Of a stretch of 64,000 bases of DNA, positions 1 through 27,858 are shown piece after piece. Numbering within the stretch: the first letter of the stretch is position 1; each line of letters opens with the position of its first letter. The notes below the pieces were generated by a model, which was given only the letters and a program-made list of their open reading frames with translations, was not told the origin of the DNA and did no database searches. This DNA is from Phaeosaccion multiseriatum (taxonomy: Eukaryota > Protista > Ochrophyta, other classes), in the NCBI GenBank assembly GCA_965112735.1, contig OZ218952.1, forward strand, positions 2,852,001-2,916,000, read 5' to 3'. A program made the position numbers and the translations under genes.

Positions 1-1
1 C

Positions 2-139
2 CGCGGCAAGCTGACGTGTAGCAACGAGCTGTTCGTACGCAACACCGGCTCTGCGATGGGGAACATTACGTTTGATGCCATGGTGGTGGAGGAAGGGGCC
101 TTGGTGGAGGGCCAGTTTGCATATAGTGGCAGCGAGTAG
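2..139 (+). CDS. 3' end of a bactofilin (polymer-forming cytoskeletal, DUF583) domain gene; 5' part lies outside the window
   Basis: Frame from base 2 reads RGKLTCSNELFVRNTGSAMGNITFDAMVVEEGALVEGQFAYSGSE*, matching the C-terminal windings of the bactofilin beta-helix (G.l.a...l.i..tG.v.G.I....l.ve.GA.v.G). Not in the ORF track. Confidence 0.8.
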   Translation, partial: RGKLTCSNELFVRNTGSAMGNITFDAMVVEEGALVEGQFAYSGSE

Positions 140-819
140 TAGTAAGGCAGCAAGGCAGAGCAAGCAGGCAGGCAGGATAGAAGCAGTGAGAGACAACACA
201 TGTACAGCACACCGGTTACCCCGCCTGCAATTGATTAATAAAATTGAAGCGGGGGTTGTTTTCTCTGGTTCTGTGCCGTAGCCCCCTCCTGCCTTCGGGC
301 TGAGCTTATGGTTAGGCCAGCGCTGGCTTCTCAACTTTCACCCTTCTGGCTTCTCTCTTTCCCACTGGTGACTGGCTTCTGCTGGTCGCAGTCCAGCCCC
401 TGGCTTCTCGGCTTTCGGCGGCCAGGCCAGGAGACCTGTGGCCCCCGATAAGAGAACAGAGAACCCTGGCGATCGGCCCTGGACAAGGTTATCTGATTAT
501 TAGCGCACACTGTAGGGTTGATGGTGGGGGCCGACGGCAACCGCACTCGGGAGGGCTTCCGAGCTGCGGTTGTGTCGTGCCCCCTGGGGAAGCCCTTTTG
601 TTGCCGGCCTTGAATACGGCCTTATCATCAAGGAAATCAAATCCCAGAGAGAAGGCTCCAGAGAATGCATTGAACGGTGTTTGTCCATTGCTTGTGCCCC
701 TTGTTGGTGTGGTTAGACCGGGCGGGACGCAAAGTGCAAAAAGGTTCCCCGGGCCATGGGGTGCGCCCTGCTCAGGAGCCTCCTCTTGACGGACGTGCTC
801 TTCATGTGGCGTCTCGAAC

Positions 820-2516
820 ATGCATGAGGGGCTTCCCAGCGTTGAGGAGGACGAGGCTGCTCCTTCTTCGTCGCAACAGCAGCAGCAGCAGCAGGGGGGG
901 GAGGTGAGGGGGGAGGAGAAGGGGACGCGACGAACGGAACCCGGGCTGAGCACAACCTCGCCAGCGTCGCCAGAGTCCGCCGCTGGAGGGCAGGAAGGTG
1001 GCAATATCATGGCCAAGGCGTCCGGCACACAGGGTGTGAAGCCAAGACCATCAGGAGGGGCGCTCCCGAGCAAAGTCATTACGGTGGGACCAGAGGAGTT
1101 GATGACAGACCTTAATGTGGGCGAGATTTTAGAGGACGGTGACACGCTCTTTGTGGTGCAGGGCAAGGTGCGGCAGTCCGTGGTAAAGACCAAGGTAGTG
1201 CATGTGTTTGGGACCTTTGAGGGAAAGATCGAGGCAGACTCAGTCGAGGTACGTTGAGTTTGTGAGTGAGTGAGGGAGGGAGTGGTATGCTGTTTGCTTG
1301 CATGGGAGTGGGGGCGGTGCTGTTATCAGGCGAGGGAGAGGGATGCGCGAGTGGGAGGGTGTGGTCAGGGCGAAGGGCATGTGAGTGGAGCTGATAACAC
1401 ATAGGGAAGCCTCGCTGGTATCATTGGTCATGCAATGAGAATGCTGAGTTGCAAGTTAAAGGCCAAGCACTACAGAAAACGTCGACACCGCTCACACTCC
1501 AAGGACGCTACCCCACAGGTCTTCGACGGGGGGCTTTTAGTAGGCACAGTGGAGGTACGAACCGCAGTGCTGTCGGGCCAATCCCGGGGAGCGCTCCTTG
1601 TCTCTGAAAGGCTTTTGGTGACCAGCACAGGCAAGGGCAATGGCTGTATACGATATGGAACCTTGGGGGTGGAGCGGGGCGGAAGGTTGACCGGGGATCT
1701 CAGGAGAGCTATCCCGAACTCTCCCTCCACTGTAGTCATGACAGAAGAAGAGAAAGACAAGGCAGCAGCGGCGGTCGCCAACGATGGAGTAGGAGGCCAG
1801 GGAGGGGGGGCGGCAGCAGCAATCAGGAGGAGGGAAGGGCGGAGGGGAGGAGGCAGCAGACTTGCGGCAGCGGCAGCGGCAGCGGCAGAAGGAAATGGAC
1901 GTTGACGACGCCGTGCCTCCGAGACGGTCCAAGGGAAACTTGGTGCTACAACTGGCAAAGATGGATCTCATGAGGGGGGAAGGGGGAGGGGCGGATTACC
2001 AACAGGCGAGGGGGGGGGCTAGGGATGGTCGTGATGGTGGGGGGGGCGGCGGTGGAGGTGCGGCCGGAGCGCCGATGAGAGGCAGTGGTATCCCCAAATC
2101 CACTCCTCAAGACACCAAGAACCCCAAATTAGCATCGAGTGGGCGGCGGGGGGCACCTCCGATAGCCCTCGACACGACCGCCAAGGCAGTTCCTAGTGCA
2201 GAGAGTGGTGGTGGTGGTGGTGGTGGTGGTGGTGGTGGTGGTGGTGGTGGTGGTGGGATGCCCCCGCCCCTTCAACCACAAGGCTCTCACCCCAACCGTC
2301 CGCAACCCCTTCAGTACTTCAGTGGCACCCTGCAGCACGAGATGGACTGTAACGTGGTCAGCCCCCTCTCGGACGTGCCAATGTTTATGATGACGCCGTC
2401 CTCGAGGCAGGCCAAGAGAGACATCTTTGCAGGCGGCTTTGACCTGGCCAGCTACACTGTTGAACGTGAAGGTATGTATGCTTACGGTTATGCATGTATG
2501 TATGTATGTATGTATG

Positions 2517-2547
<31 letters not shown>

Positions 2548-4532
2548 GTATGTATGTATGTATGCATGTGTGTGTATGTATGCATGTATGCATGTGTGTA
2601 TGTATGTATGTATGTATGTGTGTATGTATGTATGTATGTGGGCATGTATGTATATTTGCATAGATAAAGTATGTATGTGTCTATGTATGCATGTATGCGT
2701 GCATTTATGTGTGTATGTGTGTATGTTGACTTTGGACTGAATGTACTGTAGTAGCGGTGAAGAGGGTCAGGGTGAGGGCGCCTCTTCTTTGGAATGTTCG
2801 CTACTCAGCTTGGCAGAACATCCGAGAGGCAGCGCTCCACACAGATCGGATGCGAATGGACGGGGCCTGAGGGCATGCGTCTTGGTTTGCTATCTGGCGA
2901 GAGCTGTGGGATTGACTCTCTGCCGTTTCTCGACGCTGTCTGCCGTGCATTCTGCTCCCTCCCTCCTTCCTTCCCTCTCTCTTTTCTACGTGACACCAAA
3001 ATGCCCATTCTGCAGCGGAAATGGAGGCGACTGCGCGCATGGCTGCAGAGGAGACGCGACAGCGCTTTGTCGAAGCAGAACTTATTCGCCTCAGAGAGAG
3101 GGTAAGTGAGCCATTCATTTGTTTGCAAGCACACGACGGCCGTTTAGGTTTTGATCAAATGAAGAGTCGGTCCTCTTACTTCTCCTTCTAGTTTTTTGCC
3201 TACCTCTCATCACCCCTCTTGTTTGTTTGTTTGTTTGTTTGTTTGTTTGTTGTTTTTCACACCCCAGTCGCTTCGACGAGCGGAACGGGAGAGACAGGAA
3301 AACGAAGTCAGGCGACGGCATCAGCAGGGGCGCACACACGGCGGAGGAGGAGGACTAGGGGGAGAGGGGAGGAAGGACGGACGGGAGCGAAGAAGAGAAA
3401 CTGAAGCTCAGCGGAAGCTGCGCAAAGAGCAGGAGATTGTCATGAAAGTTCGAGCAGAGCAAGAGGAGAAGCAGCGGCGAGATCGGCGTAAGAGGAAGGA
3501 GGAGGAAGCGCGGTTGCGGCGACTAGTGGATGAGAAGGGAGGGGTGAGAGACGGGGCAGTAGCACAGCAGGAGAGAGAGTGGCGGCGCGAGCAGGAGAAG
3601 GCGCACTTTGCGAGTCAGAGACTTTCACACGCACAGCATGAGCAGCACCAGCAGGGGAGGAGCAACAGTGAAAGCTTACGGAGAGCTGCAGCGGCAGCAG
3701 CGGGAGACTATTCAGGGGGTTACCATGAGAAAGGGGAGGCTGCCCCTCCGCCGCCAAGAGGTGGAGGGAGGGGGGAGGGGGAGAGGAGAATGTCTTCGGG
3801 TGCAGTATCGTCGGATAGGGGGCCGGGCCATTTGAAGGGAGATGGTGGGGCGGCCCTGCCTCCTCCTCCACCCGAGGCCCAAGGCGAGAAAGTTGTGGCG
3901 AGAAGGGGCAGCAGTAGCGGTGGTAAACGACCTCCACTAGCCACCAACACCACCACATTACCAGAGCAAGCAGCAGCGGCGGTGACAGCGGCAGCAGCAG
4001 GAGGAAGAGGAGCAAGTAGACGGAGGGGGCAGCAGCACGTAGAAAAGGTGGGAGCCTCCGCGGCGGCAGGAGGAGCAGCAGCAGGGGCAGTAGCAGGCGG
4101 AGGAGGAGAAGGGGCAGCAGCAGCAGCGGCAGCAGCGGCAGCAGCAACGGGGGGTGCCCCCCCCACCTCCCTTGACAAGGAAGACTACTGGGCCAAGTGA
4201 GTGGACGTTTCAATTTCAGTTTCAGTTTCAGTTATTGAAGCATTTGATGACTTACTGAGTTGAGACCTCACATCTCCCCTTCTGCCCCTTTCCTTCCCAT
4301 CAAACTCAAATCTCAAAGCACATGGGCCTCCTCCTTGGACTTCTCTCGTTCTCCCTGTCTCCCTTTCTCCCTCTTTCTCTCTCCACCTCTCTCACGCTCA
4401 CTGTCCCTCTCACGCTCACTCTCTCTCCCCTCTCACCCTCTCCCTTGCCTGGTGTGTGTAACTTCGTCTCTCTCCAGATACGGAGTGGTGGACAGCGCAG
4501 CTCTGGAGGATGACGCCTCCATCCCTTTATGA
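820..4532 (+). CDS. Bactofilin-domain protein with long low-complexity/coiled-coil C-terminal extension; exons ~820-1248, 1519-2471, 3016-3101, 3268-4196, 4478-4532; apparent frameshift near the G-run at 1804-1810
   Basis: Spliced domain VHVFGTFEGKIEADSVE|VFDGGLLVGTVEVRTAVLSGQSRGALLVSERLLVTSTGKGNGCIRYGTLGVERGGRLTGDL is a bactofilin beta-helix. GT-AG junctions join in phase. As assembled the first frame stops at 1905 and the +1 frame continues to the donor after 2471. Confidence 0.75.
2472..2725 (+). repeat. (GTAT)n microsatellite starting at the intron donor
   Basis: gtatgtatg... runs directly from the GT donor at 2472. Confidence 0.95.
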
Positions 4533-5611
4533 ATCGCAGCTGGCGAGATGGCAGGAGGGGGGCGTCCGTTCGGACTTTCATCACTTGTGCAGCTTGGGTG
4601 ACGAGCTGGCAGAGCGGGAGGGGGGGAGAGGGGGCGCCCGACACTTGAAGCAGAGGCGCACACAGAGAGGGATGACTGGACCGACAGGAGGACAGAAGAG
4701 TAGACGTGTTGGGCGACAGGTTGGAACAAGAGAAAGCATGTTGACCGACAAGAGGGCACAAGAGAGGGACATACTTGGGCACAGGACCGACGCGACGTCG
4801 CGATGGAAGACAGCGTGGTGGTGCTGGTGCTACTCTTGCCTACACTTACGTCTATTGAGGTCTCTACGAGGGGTATACTTTTACGTCTATTGAGGTCTAT
4901 TTCGGTGCCACCGCTCACTTGGGCGCGACGAGCAGCACAGCAGCAGCAGTGGTACAGTGCAGTACAGCAGTTGGTCATACAGTCCCCGTCTCCATCTGAT
5001 GGTCTGTCTGCCTTTGAGCTCGCGCAAGGACGTGACACGCGGGTCGTGTTTGCGTTGCGTTTCGTGTTGCTTCAGTGCACCACCTTTGACCTTTTTGGCT
5101 CCCAGGTCTTATCCCTCGGAGCTTCTAATTCAGGTGTTGATCATCACACTTTTCTCACAACTCATTCATGTGAGCCTTTGACAAAACAACCAACACAACA
5201 AACCAACGGCCCTCCCTCCCTCCCCCCCAGAGCCGTATACTATACAGTGTATAGGGGCACCAAGTTTTGCCGTTGCTCCTTTGTTCCCCATGCACACACA
5301 CGCAGTGCATGCAGTACATGTTCAGTGCTCCTCGAACGCCGTTCCCACATGTCCTGCTCTCCTCTGTATCACCAACTGCTCTGCTCTGCGTGCGCCCCAT
5401 TCTGGCCCACTGTCTCAGCCCTCCCCTCCTGCCTCTGGGGGTCCTTCTGGGGCTTCCTCTGGGGTGCGTCATACCTTCCTTTCTCAAATCTGCTGAGCAA
5501 GGACAGGAAGGAATCCTATGCCTTCAGCGCAGCCGTGCCTGCCAGCTCCCCCCCCCCCCCTCCCTCCCTCCCTGTCTCCTTGTCTTAACTCAAGACGGGG
5601 CAGGAGAATCT

Positions 5612-5926
5612 CTATTTTGATTTTGGTTTTGGGACCACCCCCGTCATTCTGCCTTCCTCTGGCTCGTCAAGTCGGAGAATCTTCTTTGTCTTGGCCTTGT
5701 CGTCAGTGTTCACTCGCGGAAGCCAAATGTCAACGGCCGAGGGGCTGCCATACCTGACCTCCGTGGGGGAGGCACGAGGGAGAGAAGAGCACAGCAGTTG
5801 GTGGCACAGAAAGAACGAGGCGTGTCGGTTTAGCCAATCAAACAAGAGTTTGTCCGCCCGCGAACAGAGATACACAAAGTGTTTTTTGGTGTGGCTGCAC
5901 GAGGAGCAGTCCCTCCGTCCCTTCCG

Positions 5927-5962
<36 letters not shown>

Positions 5963-8191
5963 CGTCACTCACTCACTCACTCACTCACTCACTCACCATA
6001 AATATGACTTGGGAAGTCTAACCGCCTTCCCTGGGGCGGGAACAAAGCCTGAGTGCTTCACCTTTTGGAAGAAACAGTCAGAGAGGGGAGGGGAGGGGAG
6101 GCGAGGGGAGAGGAGGTCAAAGAATTGCCCTTCCCATACATAGCTTGCAGCATACGCGCCACCCTCCCCCGTGTGGCGCTCCCCCCCGATGATGGGGCAG
6201 GTGGGCAGGTGGGCAGAGGGGCACAGGGCGTCCGCCACACCATGTCCTTCGGTTTTCCTTCTCCCCCTTTGCTTGCTCGACTTCACTTTCGCGCCTTTAA
6301 TTTTGCTGCCGCTTTCCCACCCACCCCCCCCCCCCCTCGCCCCCCCCTCGCCCCCTCTGAGATCCTCTGAGGCCTCCTTCCTCAAGCCTCAATGACACGC
6401 TCCATCGTCAAGAAGGACAGAGGGCAGGCACGAACCTTGTCCAGCTTAATCAGCTCTGCCCCCTTCACACAGGCCACGTCGACTGGTATGATTCCGTCAC
6501 CTACGAGGGAGCCCTTACCGCCCACAGGGAGCTGTTTGTTGACATACAAGGGAAGATCGTAGGCGTGTAGCGAGACTAGGGTTAAGGTATACATACGGGT
6601 ATACATCCGTGAGTCCATATTCAGCGCGACAAGGCCATGTCACAGTGTCGGCAACACACAAACACCGAACAACACAGTCCGTCCCCTCGGCCAAGTAAGC
6701 CTCGCCTCCACCCGTGTACATGTGTGCGTGCGTGCGCGTTGACCGCCTGATCATCTCGAAAGCTTACGTAATGACTACTTTAATAGCAAAGAGTTTCACA
6801 CAACTGCGCAGCATTTCCCTCCCCTCCCTCATGCAATTGCCTTACGTAGTACTTACGTACGACGCAAAGGCAAGCATCTCCTCGACAGAGCCCGGCACGG
6901 AGCCTTTCACGCCTGTGGCAGGAGATGGGGAGGGGCAGGAGAAGGGCGGTGTGCAGATAAGAGGAGGGGCGAGAGAGACGGCAGAGAACAGAGGACAGAC
7001 GACAGAGCAGGGAGGTCTGTCTGCTTGCTGTCTGGGAGTGAAGACACACCCACTTCTACCCGCCAGGGCCAGCGCCTCACTTCCTCTATCTCCGTCTACC
7101 CACCTGTTCCTATCACGGATAGATATCTAATATCAGGGTGGTGGCAGCCGGGGTATTTCTTTTCAATGAACGCCAGCAGACCCCGTGTTTGGTCGAGGAA
7201 TGCTAATTTCTTCGGCGACTGACATGGGCTCCCTGATTGATTGATTGATTGCACAAGGAAAGCAAGCGAGCAGTGAGGAGGGCGCGGGGCACAGCTTTGT
7301 CGGCGACGCAAAGCGCAAACCCACAACGAGGACGACAGGAGACACGAGGGCGTGTTGGTGATCCCGTCCAAGGGCTCTGCATACATCGTCCAACGGGCTT
7401 TCTCCTTTTCTCTCTCACCTAAAGTAGTGAAGGTCTTAATCAGCATCCGGTCCTTTTCACTGCACCTTTCAGCCATCCACCCTCGGGCGATCCATCCCCC
7501 GATACTGTGCCCCACAACATGGAACGGGCTCCCTGCGACAGACAGGCGTGACGGGGGGGGGGACAGGGAGGGACAGGAGGCTCAGGAGGGAGGCATGCTG
7601 ATGATGACAATGAATGCAAAAATATGCAAGACGTCTGGTAGAGTTGCTTTCGTCTGCGTTGCTTACCTGGGTGATTGGCCTTCAAGTCGACCAACGCGGC
7701 GTCCTGAATGTATGAATGATGAAAACGAGTAATGGAGAAGGGTTTGTTTATAAATCGGGTCAGGGCCCATCCACCCAGACACACCCACACCCGCACCCAC
7801 ACCCACACAAGCTACTCACAATTGCATCGTAATAGAACCGTAGCGTCCGGCTGGGCTTTAAAGTGCCCTGCAAGTAGTCGGACGTAACAGCTGAAGGGAG
7901 AAGGCCCGAAATCCAGCCCAACCGAGTGAGCTTGGCGGCATAAGCTGCGTGCCCTCTTTTCCCGAGCTCTTCGAACATTGGACCGTAGTCATTGGGGACA
8001 CTGAGTTGTGCTGGACACATGAGGATAGGGATGCCTGGAGGGAGGGAGAGGAGGACTGTCGAGGCGCCCATCCAGCCCGCGGAACTCTCCCTCCTCACCA
8101 TCATTCTCCTTCTGCATGCATTGGCCGGGGGGGGTGAAAAGGCCAGATTGAGCGAGCAGGAAAGCAGCAGAAGCAGCAACAGCAGCAGCAT
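5612..8191 (-). CDS. Plastid-targeted alpha/beta-hydrolase (PGAP1-like/cyanobacterial-type lipase-esterase); exons 8191-7820, 7703-7667, 7532-7419, 7232-7104, 6912-6857, 6531-6436, 6061-5997, 5753-5612
   Basis: Nucleophile elbow VVGHSIGGWIAR, plus TTLGSP, DQTRGLL, GDGIIPV, VKHS and LWYGSP motifs. N-terminal hydrophobic signal ending LA/FSP followed by an Arg-containing transit-like peptide. All introns GT-AG and in phase. Confidence 0.85.
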
Positions 8192-8332
8192 CCTGGCCGT
8201 GCGATTGGGGTGTGACGTGATATTGCGGGGGAAAAGGATACAAAAAAAAGCTCAACAGGTACAAAAGCTTTGAGTTCAGTTTCAATACTTACAGATGGCC
8301 CCCCAACCGTTCTTGAATCTTCTTGAGTCCTC

Positions 8333-8409
<77 letters not shown>

Positions 8410-8438
8410 TCTATAATGTCTCATTGGTTAGAGCCTAG

Positions 8439-23712
<15,274 letters not shown>

Positions 23713-24724
23713 TTAAAATAATGACTTGCTAAGTCAATGACGTCCATTGCGTATTCGTATTGCTGTGGGGGAGGGAAGGCAAGGCTCGTACTCCCCTAAA
23801 TGCCCGTGTGCCTGTGTACCTGTGTACCTGTGTACCTGTGTGCCCGGATACTTTTTTATCACTCGATTTGCGTAAGAATCGCCCAAATGGGGGGGGGGGG
23901 AAGGAAAAAAAAGAGCAACGAAGAGCTATGAGCTATAGGGCTTCTCCCAGCGTCATTTTTGGAGACCGTCCAAAAAAAACTATCAGGGACAGTTTTTTCT
24001 GCTTTGCGGCTCCACCAACCGTCGTAAGATAAGAGTCGTGGAAGAGTTACGTAAGATTCTCCGTAAGAGTTATGTTACATGTAGAGTGCTTAAGAGTGCG
24101 TAGAGTACAAAACACCAAAACAACACCCGTACGGCCCCGCTCTCTCCCTCCCATTGCCCTCTCCACCGTCGGCCTCGCGCCGGGCTAATACTGGTACACC
24201 CCCACCCCCACCCTCACCCTCACCCCTCCCCTCCCCTCCCTTCCCTTCCCTATTTTCGCACTGCTTCTCTCGCCCCCACCCACCCACTAGTCAGCTCCAG
24301 AACTGTAACTGTTGCTGTAGGCTGTAGTACCTGTAACTGCTACTGTAAGTGTATACAAAATATGGACAACGCAACGCCGCTTCTCTCCTGTGTCCCTCTT
24401 TGCTCTTGTCCCTATCCCTTGGTTCCCCTCTGTGTATGATTTGATTACCCGTGGGGTGCACGTGAGGAAGGAGCCCAAGCCGATCCAAACCACCCACCCC
24501 TCGAGGCTTCAACGAACGAACTGCTCTGCTTATCACAACCTGCTCACAATCAGCAACCGAGCGTCCCTGTCCTCCCGCCCCGCTTCTCCTCTCCTCCCCA
24601 CCCCTCTCCTCATTCTCCTCAGCTCTACCTCAACTGATGCCTCAACTGGTGCCTCGACTGGTGCCTCAGTTGGTGATTCAACTCACAGCAGGGTGCCTCG
24701 ACTTGTTACTGGTGCCTCCGTGCG

Positions 24725-25421
24725 TCAGTTGTTCAAGCCGAACACGGCGGCCATCAGTCCGTTGACCCTGCTGCAAAGGCCTTGCACACGTCCCAGGAGA
24801 CATCTTGCCCCACTCGCACCCCCACCCCCACCACCCCCACCACCACCAGCAGCAGCAGCAGCAAGAGCAGCAGCAGCCGCCGCCGCCGCAGCGCTACGGT
24901 CGGCAGCCTTCCTCTCACTCGGAGTACCCTTCCTCACCAACTTGACCCTGCCCCTCGACAGGCTCCTGGTAGCAGCATTGGCCAACACATCCCCCAGATA
25001 CACCCTGTCCCCCTTCGTCTTGCGTACCGTTGCCTCCGCCCACGCCCCTGGCACATGCTTGCCGGCACACCACATCTCCACCAAGTCCCCTGGCTCCACC
25101 ATCTCCTTCTCCAGCGAGCGGGCGCGTGCTTCGTTGCCCCAGCGCAGGCGACGGCGGGGAACACTCTCATCCCAGCGAGTATCCCAACCCGGATACCGAA
25201 CCTTGTACATGGCACTCCCCGGGGGGGTGCGTGTGCGGGAGCCGATCCCACTACTGCTGCTGCCGGGGACCACCGAAGAACCACTGCCTCTCGCACCTCC
25301 CCTCCTACCAGCGGTGGCAGTACCTGCAGAAATAGCGGTCTGTGTCACCTTGGCAGCTTGCCCCTCGGCCTGAACTTGCCCTGCTGCCTCAGCCCTTGCC
25401 GAAATAGCACTCGCCACGTAC

Positions 25422-25470
<49 letters not shown>

Positions 25471-27034
25471 GGTCCGGCACCTCCACCACCTCCGCGATCC
25501 ACCACGCCAGCCCGCTGTAAATGTCCATGGCCTCGAGTCTGAACTTGCCTCTCCAAGCGACTTCCACTCTGTCCCCCACCTGTGGCCTCTCCAGCCGCTG
25601 CTTGAAAGTCTGCTTCATGGAGGGGGGAGGGGCGGAAGCCTTGGCAAGGGCCCGAGCCTCCGCGGCGGCGAGGGACGACGAGTAGGCGGCTTGATAGGCG
25701 GCGGAGTACACACGCTGCCTGGCGATGATCAAGGAGGAGGAGGAGGAGGAGGAGGAGGAGGAGGAGGAGGAGGAGGAGGAGGAGGAGGAGGAGGAGGAGG
25801 AGGAGGAGGAGGAGGAGGAGGAGGAGGAGGAGGAGGAGGAGGTTGCACCGGTGGCCAATGCCTTCTCCTGCACGCTCGCCCTGCTTGCCGCCCTGCTTGC
25901 CCTCTCCTGCTCCTTCTCGGGGCCATTGCCAGGGTGGTCGGTCATTGCCGTCGTACCGTCGTTGCTCTTGCTGTTGCTGTCGTTGATGTCGGGTGCCCAG
26001 TGCATGGCGACGGGGCACAGCGAGTCCGTAGGAGGTGTATCGGGCAGCCTGGCTACCGCATCGTCCGCCGCAGCTGCAGCGACAGCCGCGGCCTTCACCC
26101 TCCACCTTGCGGCAGCTCTCATCTCCCTCCCTAAAGTCGCCGCCGCGGTGGCCTCTGCATCATGCCTGGCGGGCGGGGGCAAGGGAAAGCGCTGCTCAAA
26201 GGGCTCGCGCCACACACCGTCGCCAGAGGTAACGTGTTGGTCCCAAGCCTTGCTCACGGTGGGGAGATGCACGTGTGTGTAGAGCGGCAGAAAGGACAGG
26301 CAGTACTGCAGGAGCACCAGTGGGAGGTCGTCCAAACAGGCGAGGGGCGGCGGCTTGGTGGTGGAGGTGGTGGCAGTGGTGCCGTGAAGAGTCGCGAAGG
26401 GACCTCTCGATGCTGGTGCTGTATCACCACCACCTGCTGCTGCTGCTGCTACTGCTGCTGCTGCCACCGTGGCGCTGGCTTTATGATCGTTGTGCCTTGC
26501 CGCCGCTGCTGCGGCGGCCGCCGCCGCGCACCGCACTGCGTGCGCTCTGTAGGCTGTTGCAACCTTGGACTTTGAGGGGCGCATGCTGCTTCTTGTTCGC
26601 CTCTTCTTGCCCTCCGTCCCCGCCCCAGTCGGAGGAAAGGACCCAGCGCTGTCGCCAGCCAGGGGCGCGGGAGACGCTGGAAAAGGGTAGAGCGCTTCGC
26701 TGAAGTCGCCCCCCGGTCCGGCTACTGACGCTGCAAGAGAGGGGGTGGCCGGAGGAGGACAAGTAGAAGCACCACCGCCTACAGATACCACGCCCATCGC
26801 TGCAGTAGCGGCAGTGGCGGTAGAAACAGAGGCGCTGCTCATGTAACACTGCTGCCGCCCACCTTGGTCCCAACCACAGAGCTCTTGGTCGTCCTCGCTG
26901 TCGTCGTCGGCCATGGTTGCTGCGGTGCTCATGCTGTGCCTGTGTGCGGTCTTGACTAGCACTTCTTCCTCCTCGTCCAGCAGCAGGGGCGACCAGGGAT
27001 CCACTCCACCATCGCGAATGGCCCCTCCCATCAT
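24725..27034 (-). CDS. Intronless F-box protein with C-terminal tandem Tudor/Agenet-like domains
   Basis: F-box LDDLPLVLLQYCLSFLPLYTHVHLPTVSKAW...VWREPFEQRFP. Tudor-like PQVGDRVEVAW...WWIAEVVEV...YKVRYPGWDTRWDESVPRRRLR and VEPGDLVEMW...AWAEATV. Single long ORF; first ATG at 27034. Confidence 0.8.
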
Positions 27035-27858
27035 CTTCGAGCGAGGTCGGTCGGAGACTGGCGGAAGACCCCAAAGAAGGAACGGGGGAGACACATGGAT
27101 GAGAAACACCACAGCGGATAAGCGAAATAGAACGAACCAACTAAAAAGAGGGGTGGGGCCTTCCCCCTTCTAACAAGCGTTGGCTCCTTCTTCTGCCTCA
27201 ATCACAAAGCCTTTCTTGCGTTGCCTTAGGTCACCTTGGGCTGGGCCCCTTTCTGTCAGAATAGGGGCTCCACTCACCTCGAGCGGAAGGACACGGCGTG
27301 GGAGGGGGGGGTTCCACTCTCCTAATCTTCTGCTGCTGCTGTTGCTGCTATGCTGGTTCTGCTCTGATGCTCGACGAGCAGCACGAGTGGTTTCAAAGTT
27401 TTGATTCAAGGAGGCAAAAAACAAAAAAAAAAAAGGAAAACGACTGCGCCAGCCGTGAGCACAAGATTGGACCACCAACACGTGAAGCGCGTAGAGGTCG
27501 AGCGCCGAGACGCCCCCCCCCGTTTTCTACATGCATGGCCCCCAGAATTTCTAAGAACCATCCTTAACCTAAGCTGGCTGCCCTCGAAGGGAGAGGAGAG
27601 ACGGGGGGGCAAGCGAGGGGTGAAGAGTGGGTGGGAGGTCAGAGAGAGGTGGGGACGAGCGGTCTTCTCCCGATGCTTCGGTCCACCCATGGGTGGATAG
27701 CTGGGTTTTTCATTGGAGCGACGTCTTGTGCCGGAAAGGGGGGCTGCTGGCGAGAAGCTCTCACTCGGGGCTGCGTTCGGTCCCTCCCACGAGGTCCCAA
27801 TCTGTGTTACATCCACTCTTGTCTTGGTCCTTACGTTCAAGCACTTTCTTCCACAGCG

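Noticed and set aside
300-810. Possible small minus-strand gene between the two bactofilin genes
   Set aside because: No convincing start, splice model or family similarity.
4550-5600. ORFs 4803-5588 (+) and 4433-5038 (-)
   Set aside because: No recognisable motifs or coherent splice structure; the region lies between convergent 3' ends.
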